NCBI GenBank assembly: GCA_951406725.2
Contig: OX597818.1
Location: forward strand, 143,964,001-144,028,000
DNA length: 64,000 nt
DNA from: Octopus vulgaris
Lineage: Eukaryota
Direction: 5' to 3'
Within the stretch, counting starts at the first letter, position 1. Every line of letters starts with the position of its first letter. This document shows, piece by piece, positions 42,032-53,155 of the stretch. The notes beneath the pieces were generated by a model that was not told where the DNA came from, did no database searches, and saw only the letters and a program-made list of their open reading frames with translations. The position numbers were made by a program, and so were the translations under genes.

Positions 42032-42261
42032 AAGGCGGCGAGTTGGCAGAAACGTTAGCACGCCGGGCGAAATGCGTAGCCGTACTTCGTCTGCCGTTAC
42101 GTTCTGAGTTCAAATTACGCCGAGGTCGACTTTGCCTTTCATCCTTTCGTGGTCGATAAATTAAGTACCAGTTACGCACTGGGGTCGATATAATCGACTT
42201 AATCCGTTTGTCTGTCCTTGTTTGTCCCGTCTGTGTGTAGCCCCTTTGGGTAGTAAAGAAA
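42032..42261 (+). mobile_element. Full-length tRNA-derived SINE (Meta-domain-like centre) with a 16-bp TSD
   Basis: A/B boxes (TTGGCAGAAACGTTAG; GAGTTCAAAT), central GGTCGACTTTGCCTTTCATCCTTTCG.GGTCGATAAA; TSD TAGGATAACAGAGTCA at 42016-42031 and 42262-42277. Confidence 0.9.
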
Positions 42262-42329
42262 TAGGATAACAGAGTCAGGAAATAAAGGAGAGAAAAGGAG
42301 AAGGAGGAATGCACGTCTCCAGGTTGTAA

Positions 42330-42929
42330 GGCAACGAACAAATAGCAGAAAATTAGATCCTGTTAGGCTTTGTAATGGAACACAGATAATCGTACAAGAA
42401 ATGCACGAAAATCTAATCATTGCAAAGACCAATGTTGATGCATTCAAAAAGGACATCGTCAAAGATACCTAGAATTAAGCTCAATGCATCAGAAGGTGAA
42501 GCTGTACCTGTTCAGCGAACCCAGTACCCGATACTACAGTCGTGTTTTGCAATGACTATACATAGAGCAAAAGAATGGACCATGCAGAATGCCTTAATTT
42601 ATCGTGAGAAGCTAGTATTTCAACATGGCCAGTTGTATATGGCTTTAAGCCGAGGAATAAGGAATGAAAATTAAAGAAATGTCGTTAAATGTATCGTCTT
42701 TGAAACAACCAAGAGGTAGAATTGCCTTTCTTTAATATGGAAAGCATTATCAACACCCTTTCAGATAATGCATTAATATTCATAATTTTCTTCATGTATT
42801 TAACAGAATACTATTATTTGGGTAATTCCATTTAAATTAAATATATGAATGTGTAACATGATTCCGATTCAACAAACTAACAAACGATTCAGTGCATTTT
42901 TACCAGGCAACGCCGGATAGAAACTCTAG
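42330..42929 (+). mobile_element. Helitron remnant: Pif1-type helicase C-terminus plus degenerate 3' end
   Basis: RLCNGT, IPRIKL, RTQYP..FAMTIHRA and VFQHGQLYMALSRG; terminal CCAGGCAACGCCGG..CTAG at 42903-42929. Confidence 0.8.
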
Positions 42930-44068
42930 AATATATGTATCCACATATAAGTGTATGTGTGTATGTGCGTGCATACATACATACAAACAGAGAGACAGAC
43001 ATACATACACACTCGCAAACATACACATACTTAAAAAGCTGGTATACACAATTAAGGTTGTATTCAATTAAAATAATCATCTCTGTATCATACTTAATGT
43101 ATACTCATTAAAATATACCGTAAACATTTTTTTGTAAATTTGTATGCACTCTTTGCCCTGAGATAACATCTCTTATGGATTTACAGTGTTAAAAACGCAA
43201 TAAATATCAGAGACGAAAATTAGACGAAAATTAGCCAGACGCGAACTTGCAGCGAGCTTTAATTTCGGACAAGAATTCGTCGTTCCTGATATAGGGAGGA
43301 AAATGAATAGACTATTCAATGATTAAAGATCTGTTATACGCAACTGATACCGTATTTAATTAAGATAGCCATCTATGTATCATACTTAAAGTATACACAC
43401 TGTCGTAAGCAACTTTTCATAAGTTTGTGTTAACACACTGTGATATTTAGGTTTGTTTTCAAGTAACAATGTGCCTAGTGGATATATACTTTTCTGATGC
43501 TCGGTCTCCCATTCGTCATTAGATACAGGGCAATGTTTGCATTAGATACAGGGCATTTTTTTTTTTTTTTATATACATTTAAAATTTTGAAAAGCGTGGT
43601 CTTATACGCCAGTATATAAGGTATATATATAACGATGAATACATAAATTATATGGATGTCTGCCTTTTTGTGTGCGTGTGTGTGTATGTGTGTGTGTATA
43701 GTTATAAAAAGTTAACACTTAGCGTAAATTTTGAACAAAAAGTCATCGGACATTTTTTGAACAAAAGACATTGCACATTAATAGCACAATGTACACAAAC
43801 ATGACACTTAAAACTGCACTGGATTCATGATTTCAATTGAACGTGGTTTTAGAGAAAAGATATTTATGCAAAAATATACACATACGCATAAATATATGCG
43901 TGCGCACGCGTAAGCTCATTTAAACGAAACAAAAAACGGACATTTACTCACTTCCAAGAACTTAAGAATGCGGACACATAAACGCTCACACGTCTGTAGA
44001 TACATACATTCACATGCACATACAAATATATACAGTTTATGCATGCGTGCGTGTGTGCGTGCGTGTGT

Positions 44069-44121
<53 letters not shown>

Positions 44122-44223
44122 TGTGTGTGTGTGTGTAGAAAGAAAAAGGGAAATGTGTACAACAAACAAGGTAGAGCCTGAAGAATACATTTTGACAGAC
44201 AAGTGAAGTTCCACACACACACA

Positions 44224-44273
<50 letters not shown>

Positions 44274-44404
44274 TACACACGCGCACGTTCATACACACAT
44301 ATAGCTTCGAATCTGTGTGAATGTTTAGAATAATATATAAGTTGTTTTTTTTATTATGGTATTTTAACAAAATTAGCACTTTCATACATAATGTATCCAT
44401 CAGA

Positions 44405-44690
44405 TCCCCCACCCCTAACTCTAACCCTAACCCCTTACCATAACCATAACCCTAACCTCACATATATAAAAAAAAAAAAATTTTACGGAAAGTGACGATC
44501 TTCTTCAAATGTAAACAAATACACGTGTGTGGCCATAAACTGAGGGGTCACTTGTAAACAGAGCTGGATAACAAAACCGTTCTCTCATTTAGTGTCCACC
44601 CATAATTATGACCCTAGTATCGATCTATTGCATTTCAATCTGTTTTAGGGTTAAGATTAGGGTTAGGGGTTAGGGGTGGGGGAAGGGTAT
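44405..44690. repeat. Short element with inverted telomere-like arms (CCCTAA)n ... (TTAGGG)n
   Basis: Degenerate TAACCC repeats at 44405-44458 and TTAGGG repeats at 44644-44685. Confidence 0.65.
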
Positions 44691-45157
44691 CTTTTTTTTC
44701 TTCAGAAATGTAGATAAACCCAATCTGTTTCTTAAACGAATATATAATATGTAATGTGTGTATCTGTGCAACAGGGAGGGAAATTAAAACTGCATCTGTT
44801 GTGAACTTAGAATATGTGTTTATTAATAAAAGTTTAATAATGATAATCTTTTATTCATGGGAACGTAACTGATATGAAACATGTCATAAACAACAGTGAC
44901 AAACTGAGTAGAGACCGCAGGAAATTGTTGACAAACTACGGAAGAAAGTGTATTCACCTCAATAGACGTCATTGATTGGTTGAAATTGCCGAAATGCAAG
45001 AAATTTAACAACAAATAGCTTACAAACTACATAATTTTCTCAAGAAAGCTAAGAGAAAAAGATGTTTTATGTAACACATTCTACCAGTATACGAAGTTTT
45101 AAAGTGTTTAAAAGAAATTATTTTAAAAATCTGCCGGTCAAAGTGAAAAGATCCATT

Positions 45158-45543
45158 TAACTGACAGTTGAGTTCCTGACAACTTTAGTACCTCTTAGAA
45201 CGCTCAAACCAGCTGAATTTTTAGAATACCTTTTTGACCAATCCGAATGCTCTTAAACATCACGGTTTGCCAGGCGTACCGATATTCTGCAACATGTTTA
45301 TATTTATTAATCCACTGGTTGTTATATTATTGTTGTTATTTCCGTTCAGAACAGATTTGAACATTTTAATAAACCGTTTTTCTTTCATCTTTCTTCCTAC
45401 CTCACTTGTGACATGTAGTTTGTGGAAAGGAAAAAACTAGAAACATTTTCTGACCACATGTTTCTATATGCTCGCTCAATGGAATTTGGCGAACATTGGT
45501 GTTCTAAGAGTACTAACGTTGTCAGGAACTCAACTGTCAGTTA
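45158..45543. mobile_element. MITE with ~45-bp TIRs flanked by TTAA
   Basis: TTAACTGACAGTTGAGTTCCTGACAAC...GTTGTCAGGAACTCAACTGTCAGTTAA. Confidence 0.75.
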
Positions 45544-45589
45544 AACACATTTGAAATCTGATAAGTACACTATGAATATATGTATATAT

Positions 45590-45851
45590 ATCGGGTTGGT
45601 GTATAATTACTGCGGCTGTTTGTTTTTTTTTCAACAAATTTTATTCAACAAAACAATAACAATAACAATATTTAACAAAATATCTTTAAAAGACGGTCTG
45701 ACCGTCTACCAAGCAAATGGGATGCAGTAATTGAGGTAGATGGTGAATATACTCCGGAATAATCATTTAAAGATGTTTTTGTTATATGTTGTTATTGTTT
45801 TTGTTGAATAAAATTTGTTGAAAAATGCCGCAACAATTATGCACCAACACA

Positions 45852-45853
<2 letters not shown>
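45590..45853. mobile_element. Mariner-like MITE with ~100-bp imperfect TIRs
   Basis: GGTTGGTGTATAATT..GCGGC / GCCGC..AATTATGCACCAAC, plus inner CAACAAATTTTATTCAACAAAA / TTTTGTTGAATAAAATTTGTTG. Confidence 0.7.
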
Positions 45854-45899
<46 letters not shown>

Positions 45900-46595
45900 C
45901 ATGAACAAATACACATGCGTATTCATACATATGTATATATATATTATATATATATACTAGCATTAAAGACCCGTCGTTGCCGGGTCATAGTGCTAGTGCA
46001 TGTACATATGTGTATATATATGTATATACATTACATGTACATCTATATATATACATCTACACATAAAATACAAAGTACAAAGTTATATCTTTGATAAGCT
46101 AGTGATAACAATACTCAAAATATATAACAGACTGGAATTGTTAGCCCGTCTCTTGTAATTTCGATCAATTGTATCTTGTCCTCCCTCTTGTATAGAAGTG
46201 TGGCTACAATCCAGCCTACCTCTACTTCTGAGGGGAGGGGGGGCATTTTTAATTTTTTTCCGGGACGTCCTACGTCCCAGATATAAAGGTAAAAATAAAA
46301 TATTTCCACTTTGCAAGTTTGAGTCGAGTACTCCCTTGCACGTTCCGTTGACTCGAACCTTGCTTCTATTGTGGCGAATTTACCGCCTCTGATTAGATAC
46401 CTTTCCTAGTCGCACCAAGACACTTTTCGAAGGTGCTTTCCTCCATGTTATTTCTTTATTACCCACCAGGGGCTACGAAGAATGGCGGACATAACAAAAC
46501 ATGGGGGACATAGAACAATATGATTAAATTTATGAGCAAATGAAAATGAAAAAATGATAATATGAAAGCGATGCTAACGGCCCCCTCCGCCAGCA

Positions 46596-47959
46596 TCACT
46601 TACCTGTCCTTTTGTTTTCACTGTCACCTGAATGTTCATTCCCAATACGAAGACCATCCATATCCATTCTTACTCCGAAACTGTCCTCCATATATTCCAC
46701 GAATTCATCGCTCATTCTTATATCTTTCACCTCCCAATTCTCCCTTTCACACCTCAACACAAACTCATCTATATTCTTCTTTTCCAGCACTGCATATCTG
46801 GTCCCATCCATTTCATACCAATCATACTTCTCCATTACCCTTTTGACTTCTTTCTGTTCAGTCACAATATAAATGTTCGGCCTGGGTTCGTTTTCAAACT
46901 CTTGTCTGTCTGTATTATTATTTTTCTTTTGTTTTCTTGTTGGAGGGGAGCGGGTGGGTTCACTGTCTGTGGGGGAAGGGTGGGATTCAGAGGGTGCGGG
47001 TGGTGTTGGGGTGGGTTGGGGCTTCGCACAGTTTTTCTTTTTCTTTCTTTTTCTCTTTTTTCTTCCTTCTTCCCACTCTTGTTGCATCTCCTCTTCTTCT
47101 GTCGTTTCTTTTTCCCTTTGGTTCTCTTTGGTTTCTTCCTCTTTTGGGGCTTCCGCGACGATTTCCTTTTCTTTTTCCTTTGGTGGGGAGGGCAGTAGGC
47201 TCTTATGTGACCCCTCAGGCCACACTTGTAGCACCTGGGCGCCCAACCCTCCACCCACACTCTCATAATAATATTTCCAGTTTGTATACTGTCCGTAAGC
47301 TTTTCTATAACTTCCGCCTCCGTCTGTATGTTCATTTCTAGTGTGGCACCTCTCACGCCTTCATATTTCATAATGGCGTGGAGGATGTCCACTTTATCTT
47401 CATTTCCTTTGATAACCGCAGCCGTTATTAATTCGCCCTCTAGGTGTGGAGGTATTCCTTCCACCCTAATTCTGGTGGTCCTTCTATTCAAATACGAGGG
47501 GAACAAGTAAAACTTTTCTGTACTCACCACCTTGGCTGCTATATTCCTGGCTGCTTTCTCACTTTTAAATTGTACCGTTATGGTTCCATATTCTAATCCT
47601 TTTGTCATGTACACAATTTCTTCTCCTGTCTGTTTGAAAGCCTCTTCAATTGCTTCCATGTTAATCACTTCCATTTTTCTACCTCCATTCATAAATACTT
47701 TATATTTAATGGTTCTACGATAGAACCAGTCTCCGCGCCCTGCTAGAGGCAACAGCTCAACCTCTCCGTTCTCCTCCTCCTTCATGAACTCCTGGAAGTC
47801 CGTCAACTTAGCCAGGTCTATCTCTTTTTCTGTTGACTTCTTCGTTATACCTGCGTAGGTGCTTTCCATTTTTTTCACCGCCAACTCCTTCTCAGATGTC
47901 GACGAATTTTCAGAGAAATTTCTCCCTTCCATCTCATCCGTTTGGTAGAGGCGGCTCAT
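46596..47959 (-). pseudogene. Unit A: ORF1/Gag-like CCHC zinc-knuckle protein (divergent subfamily), one frameshift near 47185
   Basis: TYAGITKK, TRIRVEGIPP, CYKCGLRGHIRAYC; the C-terminus ..RTGK* is in a second frame; collinear with the intact 471-aa copy. Confidence 0.8.
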
Positions 47960-48296
47960 AGTCGCCTCAGACCGAAAAACGGCCTCCCGAACAGAAAACG
48001 TGCGACGCACAGAACCAGTGCGACGCGAAACCGCACCAACCGACGTTCCAATTCCGCAACCACAATTCACTTTTTGTTCTTTTTTCTTTTTTAACCGAAT
48101 TTTACTGAGCGCAAAAAAAAACGCGACCTTTTTTCTCTACATTGTATTTCTTTATTACCCACTAGGGGCGACACAGAGGGGGACACCAAAAGACATGGGG
48201 ACATAGAACATTATAATTAAAATTTATGAAAAATGAATTGTTAAGTGAAAGAAAATGATATTATGAAAGCGATACCAACGGCCCCATCCGTCAGCA

Positions 48297-49723
48297 TCAC
48301 TTACCTGTCCTTTGTTTTTCATCGTCCCTTGAATGTTCTTTGCCAATACGAATAAATTCCATATCCATTCTTACTCCGAAATACTCATCCATATTTTCCA
48401 CGAATTCATCGCTCATTCTTATATCTTTCACCTCCCAATTCTCCCTTTCACACCTCACCACAAACTCATCTATGTTCTTCTTTTCAATCACAGCATACCT
48501 AGTCTCACCAATTTCATACCATTTATACTCTTCCATTAGACTTTTAACTTCTTTCTGTTCAGTCATGGTACAAATGTACGGCCTGATATCGAATTCAATC
48601 TCTTGTCTGTGTGTGTATTCTTTTTTTTTCTTTTTGTTTTCTTGTTGGAGGGAGCGGGTGGGTTCAATGTCTGCATGGATAGGGTGGGACTCAGAGGGTG
48701 TGGGTGGTTTTGGGGTAGATTGGTGTTCCATGTTATTTTCTTTTTTTCTCGCATTCTTCTCTTCCTCTTATTTCCAACTTCCTTCCATTTCTGTGTATTC
48801 TCTTCCTCTTCTACTGTCTCCTTCTCCTCTGGTTTCTGCTTCTCTCTCTCTGGTTCGGAATCCATTTCTTTCCCTGGGGGAGGGCAGAAGGCTCTTATGT
48901 GACCCCTCAGGCCACACTTGTAACAACGTGGAGCTCTGCCCTCCACCCACACTCTCATGATCACGTCTCCCAATCTGATGCTTTCCGCCAGGTCCACCAG
49001 TACCTCGTTCTCCGCCTGTACGTTCAGCTCCACTGTTACGCCTCTCCAGCCCTCGGACTTAACCGAGGCATGGAGAATATCCACTTCCTCCTCGTGGCCG
49101 CTGATCACAGCCGCCACAATCCACTCTGCCTCCACGTTTGGTGGCACTCCCTCCACCCTTATTCGTGTAATCCTTCTGTTTAAATACATAGGTAAAAGTG
49201 TTACCTTTTCTGACTTCACCGCCTTCGCCGCCATCTTCCTCGCTGCAGACTCACTTTTAAAATGCACAACTACTGTACCGTACTTGGATCCTCGTGTCAG
49301 AAAATTTATTTCCTCCTCAGTTCTTCTCAGGGCTTCCTCTATCCATTCCATGGTTACAACTTCTACCCTCTTCCTTTCGTTTGCGAACACCCTGTAAATA
49401 ATGGTCCTCTTATCATACCATTCTTTTCTCCTGGGTGTCGGTGATAGTTCCACCTCACCGCTTTCCTTTTTCATGTATTTCTGGTAACTTGGTAGCTTGG
49501 CCAAGTCGACCCCTTTCTCTTCCGCCTTCTTGGTTACACCGGCGTAGGTATATCCCAGCTTCTCGTCCAATTTCCTTGCTGCCATTTCTAGCTCCTTCTC
49601 AGACGTAGACAAGTCTGATAAAGACTCGAAACCTCCAGCCTTTTCTTCCATCAGCTTCATTGCAATTGCCTGTTCCAGTTCCTCATCTGTCGTGGACAAG
49701 TCTGTTAGAGACTCATAGTCCAT
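48297..49723 (-). pseudogene. Unit B: ORF1/Gag-like CCHC zinc-knuckle protein, frameshifted in an A-rich tract near 48745
   Basis: The 386-aa and 144-aa ORFs together match the 471-aa copy. Confidence 0.82.
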
Positions 49724-50109
49724 TTCCTTCTGTCTGCCAGACCGAAAACGGCCGCCAAAACAGAAAAAAGTTTAACGCGCAGAACGAGCGAAACGCGAAA
49801 CCGCATCAACGCCGTTCAGAATTTCCACAACAACAACAACGCTTTTTGTTCTTTTTTACCGAATTTCAGGAGCCGAAAAAAACACGACCTTTTTCTCTAC
49901 ATTGTATACTTTCTAGACAATAGTCTTTTCTTTAATTTAATTTTTTATTATCCATCTCTTTTTTTTATTACCCACTAAGGGGCTACGAAGAATGGCGGAC
50001 ATAACAAAACATGGGGACATAGAACATTATAATTAAACTTTATGAAAATGAATTGTTAAACGAAAAAATGATTAAATGAAAGCGATACCAACGGCCCCGT
50101 CCGTCAGCA

Positions 50110-51525
50110 TCACTTACCTGTCCTTTGTTTTTCATAGTCACTTGAATGTTCTTTGCCAATACGAATAAATTCCATATCCATTCTTACTCCGAAATACTCA
50201 TCCATATTTTCCACGAATTCATCGCTCATTCTTATATCTTTCACCTCCCAATTCTCGCATTCACACATCACCATAAAGTCACCTATGTTCTTCTTTTCAA
50301 TCACAGCATACCTAGTCTCACCAACATCATACCATTTATACTCTTCCATTAGACTTTTAACTTCTTTCTGTTCAGTCATAGTACAAATGTACGGCCTGAT
50401 ATCGATTTCAATCTCTTGTGTGTGTGTATTCTTTTTTTTCTTTTGTTTTCTTGTTGGGGGGGAGCGGGTGGGTTCAATGTCTGCATGGATAGGGTGGGAC
50501 TCAGAGGGCGTGGGTGGTTTTGGGGTGGATTGGAGTTCCATATTATTTTCTTTTCCACGTATTCTTCTCTTCCTCTTACTTCCAGCTTCCTTCCATTTCT
50601 GTGTATTCTCTTCCTCTGTTTCCTTCTCCTCTGGTTTCTGCTTCTCTCTCTCTGGTTCGGGATCCATTTCTTTCCCTGGGGGAGGGCAGAAGGCTCTTAT
50701 GTGACCCCTCAGGCCACACTTGTAACAACGTGGAGCCCTGCCCTCCACCCACACTCTCATGATCACTTCTCCCAGTCTGATGCTTTCCGTCAGGTCCACC
50801 AGTACCTCGGTCTCTGCCTGTACGTTCAGCTCCACTGTTACGCCTCTCCAGCCCTCGGACTTAACCGAGGCATGGAGAATATCCACTTCGTCCTCGTGGC
50901 CGCTGATCACAGCCGCCACAATCCATTCTGCCTCCACGTTTGGTGGCACTCCCTCCACCCTTATTCGTGTAATCCTCCTGTTTAAATACGTAGGTAACAG
51001 TGTTACCTTTTCCGACTTCACCGCCTTCGCTGCCATCTTCCTCGCTGCAGATTCACTTTTAAAGTGCACAACTACGGTCCCGTACTTGGATCCTCGAGTC
51101 AGAAAATTTATTTCCTCCTCAGTTCTTCGCAGGGCTTCCTCTATCCATTCCATGGATACAACTTCTACCCTCTTCCTTTCGTTTGCGCACACCCTGTAAA
51201 CAATGGTCCTCTTATCATACCATTCTTTTCTCCTGGGTGTCGGTGATAGTTCCACCTCACCGCTTTCCTTTTTCATGTATTTCTGGTAACTTGGCAACTT
51301 GGCCATGTCGACCCCTTTTTCTTCCGCCTTCTTGGTTACACCGGCATAGGTATAACCCAGCTTCTCTTCCAATTCCCTTGCTGCCATATCCAGCTCCTTC
51401 TCAGACACAGGCAAGTCTGATAAAGACTCGAAAACTCCAGCCCTCTCCTCCATCAGCTTCACTGCAATTGCCTGTTCCAGTTCCTCATCCGTCGTGGACA
51501 AGTCTGTTAGAGACTCATAGTCCAT
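50110..51525 (-). CDS. Unit C: intact 471-aa retroelement ORF1/Gag-like nucleic-acid-binding protein (putative RRM-like region plus one CX2CX4HX4C knuckle; L1/Tx1 ORF1-like architecture)
   Basis: Uninterrupted ATG-to-TGA ORF with non-repetitive sequence; CYKCGLRGHIRAFC; YGTVVVHFKSE and TRIRVEGVPP motifs; conserved in four copies. Confidence 0.85.
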   Translation of the reverse strand: MDYESLTDLSTTDEELEQAIAVKLMEERAGVFESLSDLPVSEKELDMAARELEEKLGYTYAGVTKKAEEKGVDMAKLPSYQKYMKKESGEVELSPTPRRKEWYDKRTIVYRVCANERKRVEVVSMEWIEEALRRTEEEINFLTRGSKYGTVVVHFKSESAARKMAAKAVKSEKVTLLPTYLNRRITRIRVEGVPPNVEAEWIVAAVISGHEDEVDILHASVKSEGWRGVTVELNVQAETEVLVDLTESIRLGEVIMRVWVEGRAPRCYKCGLRGHIRAFCPPPGKEMDPEPEREKQKPEEKETEEENTQKWKEAGSKRKRRIRGKENNMELQSTPKPPTPSESHPIHADIEPTRSPPTRKQKKKKNTHTQEIEIDIRPYICTMTEQKEVKSLMEEYKWYDVGETRYAVIEKKNIGDFMVMCECENWEVKDIRMSDEFVENMDEYFGVRMDMEFIRIGKEHSSDYEKQRTGK

Positions 51526-51741
51526 TTCCTTCTGTCTGACAGACCGAAAACGGCCGCCAAAACAGAAAAAGTGTAACGCGCTGAACGAGCTGATTTTTTA
51601 TTACCCACTAAGGGGCGACACAGAGGGGGACAACAAAAGACATGGGGACATAGAACATTATAATTAAACTATATGAACATGAAGTGTTAAACGAAAAAAA
51701 TGATAAAATGAAAGCGATACCAACGGCCCCGTCCGTCAGCA

Positions 51742-53155
51742 TCACTTACCTGTCCTTTGTTTTTCATAGTCACTTGAATGTTCTTTGCCAATACGAATAA
51801 ATTCCATATCCATTCTTACTCCGAAATACTCATTCATATTTTCCACGAATTCATCGCTCATTCTTATATCTTTCACCTCCCAATTCTCCCTTTCACACCT
51901 CCCCATAAACTCACCTATGTTCTTTTTTTCAATCACAGCATACCTAGTCTCTCCAACATCATACCGTTTATACTCTTCCATTAGACTTTTAACTTCCCTC
52001 TGTTCAGTCATAGTACAAATGTACGGCCTGGGTTCGATTTCAATCTCTTGTGTGTGTGTATTCTTTTTTTTCTTTTGTTTTCTTGTTGGGGGGGGTGGGT
52101 TCAATGTCTGCATGGATAGGGTGGGACTCAGAGGGTGTGGGAGGTTTTGGGGTAGATTGGAGTTCCATATTATTTTCTTTTTTTCCACATATTCTTCTCT
52201 TCCTCTTACTTCCAGCTTCCTTCCATTTCTGTGTATTCTCTTCCTCTGTTTCCTTCTCCTCTGGTTTCTGCTTCTCTCTCTCTGGTTCGGGATCCATTTC
52301 TTTCCCTGGGGGAGGGCAGAATGCTCTTATGTGACCCCTCAGGCCACACTTGTAACAACGTGGAGCCCTGCCCTCCACCCACACTCTCATGATCACTTCT
52401 CCCAGTCTGATGCTTTCCGTCAGGTCCACCAGTACCTCGGTCTCTGCCTGTACGTTCAGCTCCACTGTTACGCCTCTCCAGCCCTCGGACTTAACCGAGG
52501 CATGGAGAATATCCACTTCGTCCTCGTGGCCGCTGATCACAGCCGCCACAATCCATTCTGCCTCCACGTTTGGTGGCACTCCCTCCACCCTTATTCGTGT
52601 AATCCTCCTGTTTAAATACGTAGGTAACAGTGTTACCTTTTCCGACTTCACCGCCTTCGCTGCCATCTTCCTCGCTACAGATTCACTTTTAAAGTGCACA
52701 ACTACGGTCCCGTACTTGGATCCTCGAGTCAGAAAATTTATTTCCTCCTCAGTTCTTCGCAGGGCTTCCCCTATCCATTCCATGGTTACAACTTCTACCC
52801 TCTTCCTTTCGTTTGCGAACACCCTGTAAACAATGGTCCTCTTATCATACCATTCTTTTCTCCTGGGTGTCGGTGATAGTTCCACCTCACTGCTTTCCTT
52901 TTTCATGTATTTCTGGTAACTTGGCAACTTGGCCATGTCGACCCCTTTCTCTTCCGCCTTCTTGGTTACACCGGCATAGGTATAACCCAGCTTCTGATCC
53001 ATTTTCCTCACTGCTATTTCTAGCTCCTCCTCAGATGTAGACAAGTCTGATAAAGACTCGAAAACTCCAGCCTTTTCCTCCATCAGCTTCACTGCAATTG
53101 CCTGTTCCAGTTCCTCATCCGTCGTGGACAAGTCTGTTAGAGACTCATAGTCCAT
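51742..53155 (-). pseudogene. Unit D: near-identical paralog of unit C, frameshifted in a C-run near 52090
   Basis: The 371-aa and 148-aa ORFs together match unit C. Confidence 0.82.

Noticed and set aside
46562-53040. Multiple plus-strand ORFs over the array
   Set aside because: Antisense shadows of the minus-strand ORFs, with F/S/L-rich composition
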